Source: an uncultured Chloroflexia bacterium
Lineage (GTDB): Bacteria; Chloroflexota; Limnocylindria; Limnocylindrales; CSP1-4
NCBI GenBank assembly: GCA_963828165.1
Contig: CAWHDR010000001.1
Span: forward strand, 544,001 to 608,000
Length of the DNA: 64,000 nucleotides
Reading direction: 5' to 3'
Shown one piece after another: positions 19,797 to 31,750 of this stretch (position 1 is its first letter; each line of letters starts with the position of its first letter). Made by a program: the position numbers and the translations under genes. The notes under the pieces are model-generated. The model worked only from the letters and a program-made list of their open reading frames with translations, was not told the DNA's origin and searched no databases.

Positions 19797-20672
19797 TCAG
19801 CAGGCGACGGGGCGAGGCCTCGGATGCGACGCGGCGTAGGTCGTGACAGCCGTCGAGAGCCGCTTGGCGCTCACGACGAGCTTCGGATATCGCCAGTTCG
19901 GACCCTCGGACGTGTACAACCAGAGGCGCTCCGAAGTGACCGTGAACGCCGACTGGATCGAGGTCACATGGCGGCGGACGGACACGATCTGGTAGGTCGA
20001 GACCCTCGAATCGCTCGTGTACACCTTGACCTTCATGCCGATCAGGCTCGCCCCGTTGTTGATCTTGGACCTCGTAAGCAGGGGCAGGAACATCCCGGTC
20101 CGAGCGTGGGCGTAGATCAGCGTCACCCCTGGCTCTCGCGGCTGCATGAGCTCGCGCATGTACATCGCGACCTTGCACGGCGGATAGCCCGCCGGGCCCT
20201 TCATGACCGCCAGGTTGATGCCGAGGCTCGAGACGACGATGCGGGTCGCGACCGCGAAGGTCAGGTTCGCGCAGCGGACGTGTGTGCCACTGACCGTGCG
20301 GAAGACGATCGGGCCCGTCCGGGCGACTTTCCAGATCGCGGACATCTTCGTCCCAGACACGTTGCGGATCGTGTTGATCTCGCCGCTCGCAGTCGACGTC
20401 ACCCGCACGAATGAGGCGCGCAGGGAGCCAAGGTTGGCGCAGCTGCCGGCGCGGATCTCGACCGAATAGGAGGCGTTGGCCTTCATGGCCTTGAGGCGAA
20501 GGGTCACGAGGCCCGTGCTGTTGGTGTACGCACGCAGCGACACGCGACCGTTGACGGCGTTCGTGCCGACGGGGGCCTGCCACAGCCGCTTCGTCGTCAG
20601 CGCCATCGCTGGACCGACATTCATGGTCAGGACCAGCACGACTGCCAGGATGACCGGCCACATCCGGCGCAT
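19797..20672 (-). CDS. Secreted sortase-fold protein with Ser at the catalytic Cys position
   Basis: Signal peptide; ATRIVVSSLGINLAV, PGVTLIYAHAR..MF and RLWLYTS...KLVVSA follow the sortase motif order. Confidence 0.7.
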   Translation of the reverse strand: MRRMWPVILAVVLVLTMNVGPAMALTTKRLWQAPVGTNAVNGRVSLRAYTNSTGLVTLRLKAMKANASYSVEIRAGSCANLGSLRASFVRVTSTASGEINTIRNVSGTKMSAIWKVARTGPIVFRTVSGTHVRCANLTFAVATRIVVSSLGINLAVMKGPAGYPPCKVAMYMRELMQPREPGVTLIYAHARTGMFLPLLTRSKINNGASLIGMKVKVYTSDSRVSTYQIVSVRRHVTSIQSAFTVTSERLWLYTSEGPNWRYPKLVVSAKRLSTAVTTYAASHPRPRPVAC

Positions 20673-20830
20673 CTCGGACCCCCTTCGATACCGCGACGCT
20701 AGTCGGTCGCCTCCCTGAGGCTATCGGACAGGACCAGCGGCGGATAGCGCCAGGACGAAATTCCGGTGCCCTGCGCACGGTCGAGCCGCCGGTGGCGGGC
20801 CCACCTCGGCGCATGTTCGCTGGCCGCAGG

Positions 20831-21220
20831 CTAGCCCTTGCGCTCGAGGATCGGACGTGCGATGTCGGGCTTGTCGACGACGAATGCGAACATCGCGCGA
20901 TCGCCCCAGCGGCCCAGGAACAGGTGGCCCTGGATGTTGACGCCGGCATCGGCCAGCGCGCGTGAGAGGCGCGCCATGCCGCCCGGCTTGTCGTCGACCT
21001 CGGTGACCAGCGATTCGCCCTCGATGTACGTGTAGCCCTGCTCGTCGAGCACGGCCTTCGCGGCGTCGTCGTCGGCCGTCGTCATGATCACGTGCCCGGA
21101 GTCGCCGATACTGCCGCCACCGATCGCTCGCAGGTCCACGCCCCGCGCCGCCAGCGCCTCGGCGAGGGTCGCCATCGCGCCCGGCTCATTCTTCAACTGG
21201 ACCACGAATTGGTTGGCCAT
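20831..21220 (-). CDS. Tandem ACT domain protein
   Basis: LKNEPGAMA and VDDKPGGMA repeats. Confidence 0.88.
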   Translation of the reverse strand: MANQFVVQLKNEPGAMATLAEALAARGVDLRAIGGGSIGDSGHVIMTTADDDAAKAVLDEQGYTYIEGESLVTEVDDKPGGMARLSRALADAGVNIQGHLFLGRWGDRAMFAFVVDKPDIARPILERKG

Positions 21221-21294
21221 GGTGGTGACGGTCCTCCGGGGGTCGACTGAGCGTGGCCGGGATTCTATCCCCCGCGAGGTGCTACGGTCGGACG

Positions 21295-22160
21295 ATGATC
21301 GAGACGGACCTGCCGGACGCCGTGGCCGCCGCGCTCCGGTCGCCGTCGGAAGGCGAACGGCTCGCGGTCGAGGCGGCCGGGATCCCGTGGTCGGCGCTGG
21401 CCTGGGGCGATCCTGGGGCGCGGCCGCTGCTGCTGATCCACGGCGTGACCTCGTCCGCGGCCATCTGGTGGCGCGTCGGGCCGGCGCTCGCCGCCACGGG
21501 CCGGCGGGTCATCGCCGTCGACCAGGCGGGTCACGGTCGAACGGGACATTGGCAGGGCCATCACCGATTTCGAGACAACGCGACCGACGTGGCCGCCTTC
21601 ATCCGCGCGGCCGACCTGGACCGCGACGATCTCCAGGTGATCGGCCACTCGTGGGGCGCGATGACGGGGGCAGCCCTCCCCGCCGCCGGGTTCCGGCCGG
21701 CAACGATCGTCCTGGTCGACCCACCGGTCGTGTCCCACGCGTTCATGGCGGCGCAAGCGGCAGAATCGGACGAGCAGGGCTACCCGGACGATCGACGCGG
21801 CCGATCGCTGCGGTCCATGCCGCCAACCCGGACTGGGACGACGGTGATATCCGCGCCAAGGCCGAAGCGCTGACCCAGCTGGACGAGTCTGCGGCCCGTT
21901 CCGTGTTCCTCGACAACGGCGACTGGGACGGCGGGCTGGGAGACCTCGCGGACCCGACCGCCGCCGGCATCCCGGTCTGGCTCGTCCGCGGCGATCCTGC
22001 GACCGGCGGCTACATCGCGGACGCCGTCCTGCCCGCCTACGCGGCTCTGATCGGCGCGGACCACATCATCACGATCGCCGGCGCGCCCCATTCGCCGCAG
22101 CGCACCAACCCCGTGGAGACGACCGCGGCCCTGATCCGAGCCCTCGACTCGACCGCCTGA
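21295..22160 (+). CDS. Alpha/beta hydrolase, frameshift at about 21790
   Basis: LIHGVTSS, DQAGHG and GHSWG, with GAPHSPQ in the second frame. Confidence 0.85.
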
Positions 22161-22178
22161 CCCGAGCTCATTCGCTCG

Positions 22179-23691
22179 CTAGCGCGTCGCCCGCTCCTCG
22201 CCGCGGATCGCGACCGCCCGCCGATACGCCTCGACGTACTTCGGCGCCGAGCCGGTCACCCAGCCGAAATCGACCGCCATGCCGCGATCGACCAGGCCGT
22301 TCCACGCGGCACCGCCCGACGGCGCGCAGCTCGAATGCCCGCCGGCACGCTTCGAGCAGCGCCTCGGGCGTCTCGCGGTCGAAGACGAACCCGGTCCCCT
22401 TGCCCGGGTGGCGCGGTCTCGTCGATGACCGTGTCGGCCAGCCCGCCCGTGCGGTGGACGATCGGCGGGGTCCCATAGCGCAGCGCGATCATCTGGCCCT
22501 GGCCGCACGGCTCGAACCGCGACGGCATCGCGAAGAAGTCGGCGCCGGCGTAGATCTTGCGCGCCAGCGCGCGGTCGAACCGCTCGACGAGCGCGACCCG
22601 ATCGGGCGACGCCGTCGCGAGCGCGCGGAACGCATCGGCGAGCGACGGATGGCCCGTGCCCTGGACGATGACCCGGGCCCCCGCCGCCAGCAGGTCGGGC
22701 GTGGCGTCGGCGAGCAGGTCGAAGCCCTTCTGCGGATCGAGCCGCCCGATCATGCCGATGACCGGGCCGTCGTCGGCCGGATCGAAGCCGACCCGTTCGA
22801 GCAGGTCCGCCCGGCACGCGGCCTTGCCCGCGAGGTCGTCCCGCGAGAAGGGCGCGGCAAGATCCCGGTCCGTGGCCGGGTCCCAGACGGCGTTGTCGAG
22901 CCCGTTGAGGATCCCGATGAACCGATCGCCCCGACGCCGCAGCAGGCCGTCCAGGCCCATCCCGAACTCCGGCGTCAGCGCTTCGCGGGCATAGGTCGGC
23001 GAGACCGTGTTGACGATCTCGGCCGCCTCGATGCCGGCCGCCAGCAGGTCGACGCCGTCCGCGTTCTGGCCAGGAGCCGCGCCACCCGGCCGCAGCCCGA
23101 GCTCCGGCAGGGCGGCATTGTCGGTCCAGCCGTGATAGGCGAGGTTGTGCAGCGTCGTCACGACGGCAGCCGGTCCGATGAGCGGGTCGTCGTCGAACCG
23201 CTCCCCCCGCAAGATCGCGGTCGGCCCGGCCTGCCAGTCGTGCAGGTGCAGCACGTCGACCGGACGCCCGTCGGCCCGTAGCGCCTCGAGAGCGGTCCGG
23301 CAGTACAGCCCGAACCGCCAGGCGTTGTCGGCGTAGTCCCCGGCGTCGTCGCCGTAGAAGCCCTCGCGATCGAACGCCGGCGGGTGGTCGACGAGCCGCA
23401 GGCGGTACCCGTTCGCGGCCACGTCCACGATGGTCACCGCCGACGACCCCGTCCGCGCCCGCGGATCCGGCACGGCCAGCGTCGTCTCGCCGAGGATGGT
23501 CGCCCCGATCGGGGTCCGGTACGCCGCGGTAGCGCGGCAGGAACACGTCGATCGGACCGTCGACGCCATCGACCTCCGGGTGGCCCGAGCGCCCGGGCCA
23601 GCGCATCCACCACGTCCGCCAGGCCACCGGTCTTCGCCCACGGCTCGCACTCGGCGGCCAGGAAGGCGACGCGCAGTCCCATCGGATCCAT
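22179..23691 (-). CDS. glgA: Glycogen synthase, several frameshifts
   Basis: AECEPWAKTGGLADV, HLHDWQ, TLHNLAY, RLDPQKG and PSRFEPCG motifs. Confidence 0.92.
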
Positions 23692-23783
23692 GGTAGCCCG
23701 CCGCCCGGACGACGGAGGATCGGTTGCTGCCGTTCGACTAAACCGGTTCACACGGCACCGGCGACCCGCTATCATGCGCGCGC

Positions 23784-25976
23784 ATGGACCCCGTCTCCAT
23801 CCCGTCGATCCCGGCGGCCAGCTTTCCCCTGCCACCCCGTCTCGAAGGCCTCCGGCGGCTCGCCTACAACCTCCGCTGGGCATGGGATCCGCGAACCCGG
23901 AACCTGTGGAGCCTGGTCGACCGGACCGCCTGGACGCGCTATCGCAACCCCATCCCGGTCATCAGCGGTCCCGACGGAGTGGTCCCGCCTCCTCGACGAC
24001 GAGAAGTTCCTGGCCGAGTACCACGACGTCCTGGGCGAGTTCGACCGCTACATGGCCGACGGCTCGGGCCACTGGTTCCACCGGCGAGCACGGCGACAAG
24101 CTCGACGGCCCGATCGCCTACTTCTGCGCCGAATACGGGATCCACGAATCGCTCGGGCATCTACTCGGGCGGCCTCGGGGTCCTCGCCGGCGACCACATG
24201 AAGTCGGCGAGCGACATGGCCCTGCCGTTCATCGGCGTCGGACTGCTCTACCGCAAGGGCTACTTCCGCCAGTCGATCGACGCGGACGGCCACCAGGAGC
24301 ACAACTACCCCGACTACGACCTCACCCGCCTGCCGATCTCCCGGGTCCAGGACGAGAACGGGCTGCCGCTGACGGTCACCTCGAGCTGCCCGGGCGCGAT
24401 GCTGGCGATCGCCGTCTGGCTGGCGCAGGTGGGGCGCGTGCCGGTCCTCCTCCTCGACACGGACGTCGCCGAGAACGCCGTCGAAGACCGAGCCGATCAC
24501 CCACATCCTGTACGTCCGCGGCCGCGAGATGCGTCTGCATCAGGAGCTCGTGCTGGGCATCGGCGGTGTGCGGGCGATCCGCGCACTCGGCCTGGCCCCG
24601 GCCGTCTGGCACCTCAACGAGGGCCACTCGGCGTTCCTGCTCGCCGAACGGGCCCGCGAGTACGTCGCGGCCGGTGCGGAGCTCGAGGATGCCTGGGCAA
24701 GGGTGCGGCGCGACAGCGTGTTCACGATCCACACGCCCGGTCTCGGCCGGCAACGAACGCTTCGACATCGAGCTCGTCCGACGCGTCGCCGGCCCGATGC
24801 TCGACGCCGGCGGCGTGCCCGTGACGAACGTCCTCGAGCTCGGGCTCGGCACGGACGGCGACCGCGAGCCAGTTCGACATGACGGCGTTCAGCCTGCGCC
24901 TGACCAACGGCGCGAACGCCGTCAGCAAGCTCCATGCCGTGACGGCCAACGCGACCTGGAAGGACATCGTCGACCACGAGATCCTGGCGATCACCAACGG
25001 CGTGCACACGGCCCGACCTGGGTCGGTTCGCCGGTCGAGGAGCTCTTCTCGCGCCATCTGGATGCCGACCTGAGCGCGCTCGACGCCGGGCAGCGGACAG
25101 GATCAGTTCTGGGAGCGCCTGAACCGCATCCCGCGCCTGGACCTGTGGGAGGCCCACCTGCGCCAGAAGCGGGAGCTCGCCCTCTTCGTCCAGGGCCGGC
25201 TGCGCAGCCAGTTCGCCCGCCATGGCGAGGCGCCCGTCGATCCTGGCCGAGGTCGGACCAGGCGCTCGACCCGGCGATCATGACCATCGGCTTCGCCCGC
25301 CGGTTCGCGACCTACAAGCGCGCGGCGCTGCTGTTCACCGACATGGACCGGCTCGCCCGGCTGCTGTGGGACCCGGAGCGGCCGCTCCAGGTCATCTTCG
25401 CCGGCAAGGCCCATCCGGCCGACCGTCCCGGCCAGGGGGTCATCCAGGAGATCTTCCAGCGCTCGCGCTCGCCGCAGCTGCGCGGCCGGGTCTTCATCCT
25501 CGAGGACTACGACATGCGCGTCGCGCGGTTCCTCGTCCAGGGCGTCGACGGCTGGCTGAACAACCCGCGCCGCCCGCTCGAGGCATCGGGGACGTCGGGC
25601 ATGAAGGCCGCCCAGAACGGTGTCCCGAACATCAGCGTGCTCGACGGCTGGTGGGACGAGGGCTACGAGGGCGACAACGGCTGGGCGATCGGCGGCCGCG
25701 AGCAGTCGCCCGATGAGGCCGCCCAGGACTGGGCCGACGCCCAGGACCTGTACCGCCTGCTCGAAGAAGAGCTCGATCCCGAGCTACTACGAGCGCGAGG
25801 CGACGGGTGTCCCGACGCGCTGGACCGATGTCATGCGCCGGTCCATGGCGAGCGCGCTCTGGCGCTTCTCTACGACGCGCATGCTCCAGGAATACACCGA
25901 GCTCCTGTACCTGCCGGCGGCCGGCGTCGAGACGTCCGTCACCGTCGCTCGGCCCGTCGTCACGGAGGCCGGTTGA
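23784..25976 (+). CDS. glgP: Alpha-glucan phosphorylase, multiple frameshifts
   Basis: LAYNLRWAW, YSGGLGVLAGDH, HLNEGH, ITNGVH, FARRFATYKR and EASGTSGMK motifs across frames. Confidence 0.92.
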
Positions 25977-28184
25977 CGACCTTGCCATCGCGGATCTCGC
26001 TGGCGCTCGCCCTGCACAACCACCAGCCGGTCGGCAACTTCGGCTGGGTCTTCGCCGAGGTGTTCGATCAGGCCTACGCGCCCATGATCGACGCGCTCGA
26101 GCGCCATCCCGGGGTGCGCGCTCTCGCTGCACTACACCGGGCCCGCTGCTGACCTGGCTCATCGCGGAGCGGCCGGAGGCCGATCGAGCGCCTGCGCGCG
26201 CTCGGTGACGCGCGGCCAGGTCGAGATCCTCGGCGGCGGCTTCTACGAGCCGGTGCTCGCGTCGCTGCCGGAGCGTGACCGCGATCGGGCAGCTGATCCG
26301 CATGGCCGACGAGCTGGAGTCGATGTTCGGGCGATCGGCCGCGCGGCGCGTGGCTGGCCGAGCGCGTCTGGGAGCCGGACCTGCCGACGTCGCTCGTCGC
26401 GTCGGGCTACGAGTGGACGATCCTCGACGACGCGCACTTCCGCGCCGCGGCGATCCCGGAGGAGGACCTCTGGGGCCCGTACACGACGGAGGACCAGGGC
26501 CACCTCCTGCGGGTGTTCGGCACGGAGCAGGGCCTGCGCTACCGGATCCCGTTCCGCGAGGTCGACGAGGTCATCGACTACCTGCGCGAGCACGCGACCG
26601 ACGCCGGCGACCGGGTCGGGATGATGGGCGACGACGGCGAGAAGTTCGGCGGCTGGCCGACGACCTGGGAGCACTGCTGGGGCGAGGGCCGCTGGGTCGA
26701 GCGGTTCTTCGAGGCGCTCGAGGCGAACGCCGACTGGCTGACGACGACGACCCCGTCAGCCTGGCTCGCCGACCACCCGCCGATCGGCCGCGTCTACATC
26801 CCGACCGGCTGCTACGCCGAGATGGGCGAGTGGGCGCTGCCGGCCGACGAGAGCCTGGTGTTCTCGGACGCTGCTCCACGCGCGCGCAGGACGGAGCGCC
26901 GCCCCGAGGCGCGCTGGCTGCGCGGCGCGTTCTGGCGCAACTTCCAGGTGAAGTACCGCGAGATCAACGACCTCCACAAGCAGATGCTGCGGGTGTCCGA
27001 AGCGGTGGCGGCGATGCCGCGACGGGCCCGGACCGCGACGCTGGCCATCGACCACCTCTACCAGGGCCAGTCGAACGACTGCTACTGGCACGGCCTGTTC
27101 GGCGGGATCTACATCAGCCACATGCGCGCTGGCGACCTACGAGCACCTCATCGCGGCCGAGGACCTCGCCGAGGCCGGCGACGGACACCCTCGTCGCCGC
27201 CGAGCGTCGCGACCTCGACATGGACGGGGTCGACGAGGTCCGGCTGGCCGATCGCGGGCAGGTCGTGACCGTCGATCTCGACGGGGGCGGCGGGCATCGG
27301 CGCCTGGGACATCCGGGCCGTCCGCCATGCGCTGACGGCGGTCATGCGCCGGCGGCCCGAGGCCTACCACGAGGTCCTGCGCGAGTTCGAGGCGGCCGGC
27401 GCGCGGGTCGGCGGGGACGCGGCGGCGGCGGCGGCGACGCCCCGGCCTCGATCCACGACGTCGTGCGGGTCAAGGAGCCCGGGCTCGCCGCGCGCCTCGT
27501 CTACGACGCCTACGAGCGTCGGTCCGGGCTGGTCCGGGCGCTCGGCCACGAGGTCTCGCGCCGAGGACTGGGCGCTGGCCCGCGCCGATCGATCTCGGCG
27601 ACGCCGTCGATGGCGCGTTCGAGCCTCGTCGAGCTCGGCACGCGGCCGGCTCGTCACCCGCCGCGAGGCCACGATCGGCGGAGACCGACGTCGGCGTGAC
27701 GCGGACGCTGACGCTCGGCGGCGACCGGCGGTCCCCGACGCTCGACGCTCGAGGTGGAGCTGGAGCACCGCGGCGGGCCGCCGCTCGACGCGCGGATCGG
27801 CATCGAGTGGTCGACGACGATGCTCGGTGGTGGCGGCAACCCGGCGGCGTGGTGGGAAGTGGCTGGCGAGCGGACCGGCCACGATGCCGGCCGGGTCCGC
27901 CGACGGACCTGACGACCGATCGCCCAGGGCAACGACCACATCGGGCTGTCCGTGACGACCACGACCGATGCGCCCGGCCGACGCCTGGTGGGCGCCGATC
28001 GAGACGATCTCGAACTCCGAGAACGGCTTCGAGCGCGTCTACCAGGGCAGCGGCCTGCTGCTCTCGTGGCCCGTCGCGCTCGCGGCCGGGCGAGCGCTGG
28101 TCCCGGACGATCCGCCACGCCGTCGCGACGACCCGAGTCGCGACCGGACGGGCTCGAGCGCCCCGCGTGAGCCGCGCTCGGTGA
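25973..28184 (+). CDS. GH57 alpha-amylase/4-alpha-glucanotransferase, multiple frameshifts
   Basis: HNHQPVGNF, GGGFYEP, WLAERVWEP, DDGEKFG, QSNDCYWHG and SENGFERVYQG motifs across frames. Confidence 0.88.
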
Positions 28185-29602
28185 GCCGGCCCGCGCTCGT
28201 CGTCCACGGCCACTTCTACCAGCCGCCGCGGCTCGACCCGTTCACGGGCACGATGCCGGTCGACCCGACCGCGGCACCGGCCCGCGACTGGAACGAGCGG
28301 ATCAGCGCCGACTGCTACCGGCCCAACGCCGAGCTCGGCAACCTCGGCGCGATGTCCTGGGACCTCGGGCCGACCCTGGCCGGCTGGCTGCAGGCCGGCG
28401 ACCCGATCGCGTACCGCGGGTTCGTCGACGGCGACCGCGGGGCGAACGGCATGGCCCAGCCCTTCCATCACACGATCCTGCCGCTCGCGTCGGCGGCCGA
28501 CCGGCTGACCGAGATCCGCTGGGGGCTGCGCGACTTCGAGGTCCGCTTCGGCCGCCGGCCCGACGGGATGTGGCTGCCAGAGACGGCCGTGGACCTGGCG
28601 ACGCTGCGGCTTCTCGTGGACGACGGCATCACCCACACCGTCCTCGCGCCGTGGCAGGTCGTCGGCGTCGACGGCGGGTGAGCTGGACACGCGCCGTCCG
28701 GTCCGGCTCGACCTGGGCGACGGCCGGTCGATCGTCGCGGTGCTGTACGACGGGCTGCTGTCGGCGGCCGTGTCGTTCGATCCGACGGCGACCGTCGACG
28801 CCGACTGGTTCGTGCGCGATCGGCTCGCTGCCCCGCCTCGCGCAGGAGCCGCTCCCCGGGGAGGCGCCACCGCTCGTCGTCATCGCCACGGACGGCGAGC
28901 TCTACGGCCACCACCAGCCGCTTCGCGACCAGTTCCTGGCGCGGCTCGTCGGCCGAGCCGCGCCGCCGGACGTGCCGTACGCCACGCCCACGCTGTCCGA
29001 GGCGATCGCGCGGGCCGCCGCGTCGGGGCCTGCCCGCCGCGACGGTTGCGCGATCGGACGTCGTGGAGCTGCCACCACGGCGTCGCCCGCTGGGGCGCGA
29101 GCTGCGACTGCGTCCCGGACGGCGCCTGGAAGGGGCCGCTCCGCGCAGCCCTCGACCGTCTGGCCGGCGGCGTCGATGCCGCCACCGAGCAGCTGGTGCG
29201 GGCCCTGCCCGGGCAGCCCGACCCCTGGGCGGCGCGCGATGCCTACGGTCGACGTCGTTGCTGGGGCTGGAGACCGGACGCCACGTTCGCGGATCGTGGC
29301 TCGCGCCGGCCGCCAGCGGCCGCGCGACCGCGCGACGTTCGCCGCGGTCATGGAGGCCCAGCGCTGGCGACTCGCGATGTTCGCGAGCTGCGGCTGGTTC
29401 TGGGACGATCCGGCCCGGATCGAGACCGCTGGCGCACTGCGGTCCGCCGTGCGCGCCGCACGCCTCGATGGACGGCCTGGCCGGCACCGACCTCGAGCGG
29501 CGGCTGGTCGCCGACCTGGCGCTCGTCACCGCCGACGGGATCGGCATCCTCGAGGCGGCGCTCACCGCGGTAGGCGCCGTCGGCTGGAGCCGACCGGTCT
29601 GA
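28181..29602 (+). CDS. GH57 family DUF3536 protein, frameshifts
   Basis: HGHFYQPPR, WLPETAVD, ATDGELYGHH, SWSCHHGVARW and MFASCGWFWDD motifs. Confidence 0.88.
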
Positions 29603-29640
29603 AACCGCCCCTCGCCGGAGTCTCGTACCATCGGTCAGTC

Positions 29641-30461
29641 ATGACCGCGCACGTGACCCTGTCCCGACGCCTCTTCCTTGCCGAACTCGGCCGGGGCACC
29701 GTCGCGCTCGCAGTCGTCGGGATCGCGGGGTGCACCCCCGCTGGATCCAGCGCGACCGGCGCGCAGGGTACGCCCTCACCCGCGCCGTCCGGCGCGACGT
29801 CGCCGGTCCCGTCGGCCAGCTCGGCCGGCTCGGCAGACCCGCCCCCTGGTTCGCCCGCCGCGCCGGGCGAAGGGGTGACGTGGGAACGGGTCAACCTCGG
29901 GTTCGTGTCCGCGTACATCCTCGCAAGAGGCGGCGAGGCGGCCGTCGTCGATACCGGGTCGGCGGGGAGCGAGGACGACATCGCCGCGGCCCTCGAACGG
30001 ATCGGCCTCGGCTGGAACGCCGTTGGCCACGTGATCGCCACGCACCTGCACAGTGACCACGTCGGCAGCCTCCCTGCGGTGCTCGAAGCCGCACCCGACG
30101 CGACTGGATATGCGGGTCCCGAGGACCTTCCGTCGATCGCAGCTCCGCGGCCGCTCGTCGCCCTCGCGGATGGCGACGATGTCTTCGGGCTGACAAGTCA
30201 TCGCGACGCCTGGCCACACGCCAGGCTCGATCTCGGTGCTCGACGAAGCCGGCGGCATCGTCGTGGTCGGCGACGCGCATCGGCACGTCCGGTGGAGCCG
30301 GTCCAGGGCTCGAACCCGCAGTTCACCGCGGACATGGACAGCAGCCGTGGCAGTCAGTGGCGAAGCTCGGGACCTTCGAGTTCGAGACGCTGCTCGTCGG
30401 CCACGGCGACCCGATCGTAGCGGCGCCTCCGATCTGGTCGCCGCGTACCAAGCCCAGCTGA
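29641..30461 (+). CDS. Tat-exported lipoprotein, MBL-fold metallohydrolase (3' part frameshifted, end approximate)
   Basis: SRRLFL twin-arginine motif, IAGC lipobox, THLHSDHVG, and TPGHTPG in a shifted frame. Confidence 0.8.
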
Positions 30462-30635
30462 CGGCGCGCCGTCGACGTCCGGCGGGATCCCGAGAATCCG
30501 TCAGCCCGCGGCCTGCGCGCCACGGGCTGACGAGGGAGGAGGGCAGTGTCTTGACCGGGCGCGGCGTCCGCCCCGGCGGTGCGCATTGCTATAGTGGATT
30601 AGGCCAAGTCGAACTCTAGGTTGGACTACTGAGCT

Positions 30636-31675
30636 ATGTCAAGCGAAGCACCCGCGAATCCGAGCCGTCTCCGCCGGTAGCCGCGCCAGCACCGCCGGTG
30701 GAGCCTCGACGTCGAGCGCGACTCGGACGTCCCGATCTCCACCCAGATCTACTGGCAGCTGGCCTACCAGATCGATTCCGGGCAGGCTCCTGCCCGGCTC
30801 GCGCCTGCCACCCGGTCCGCGAGCTCGGGGCCGCGCTGCGGGTCAATCCGAACACGATCCGGGCGGTCTACCGCCGCCTCGCCGACGCCGGCTACGTCAC
30901 GAGCCGCCACGGGGCCGGGACCCACGTCGCCGACCGTCCGCCGCAGCGCCGTGGTGCGGAGGCGCTCGCCGGGGTCGTCGCCGAGATGCTCCGCCGCGCC
31001 GCCCACGCCGGCTTCACCGCCGACGAGGTCGCCGCCGCGACCTTCGCCGCCGCGACCGAGCGCAAGCGTCCGGGTCCGCTCGTCCGGGTCCTCTTCGCCG
31101 AGTGCACCAGCGCCGATGCCGGCTACGACGCCGAGCGCCTGGTCGACGCCTTCCCGGGCCTCATCGAGGTCGAGGGCGCGCTCATCGACGACCTGCCCGA
31201 ACGGCTGGATCGCTTCCACTACGACCTCGTCGCGACGACGACCTTCCACGCCGACGAGGCCCAGGTGCTGGCGGCCGGCCGGGTCCCGGTCGTGGCGATG
31301 CTCGTCGGACCGGGCTACCTCGAGCTGGTCCACGAGATCGCCGGCCTGAAGCCGGGCTCGCGGGTGGGCCTCGTCTGCCCGTCGGAGCGGGGCGCGGACA
31401 ACATGCTCGACGTCCTGCGCCTGTCGGGCGCGACCGGGATCGAGATCGTGACCGCGCTGACGACCGAGCCCGACGCGCTCGAGCAGGTCGATGCGACCGC
31501 CGACCTGATCCTCATGTCGCGCGAGGCGCTGGCCGCCGGCCTCGACCGCGCCCTGAGCCGGCCGGAACGGGTCCGCTCGTGGACGTACGAATTCGACCCG
31601 TCCGGGCTGGAGCTGCTCCGCCGCGCGATCGAGCACGCCGTCGCGGAACGACCGACCGAGGCGCTCGGGGCCTGA
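30636..31675 (+). CDS. GntR-family regulator with extended C-terminal domain (5' frameshifts)
   Basis: DSDVPISTQIYWQL...VRELGAALRVNPNTIRAVYRRL...RHGAGTHV. Confidence 0.82.
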
Positions 31676-31750
31676 CGAGAACGGGGCCCAGCGCCTGACC
31701 CGGCGCGCGCGTCCTGACGCACGCACAAGCCCGTGCCATCCTTCGGCCCA

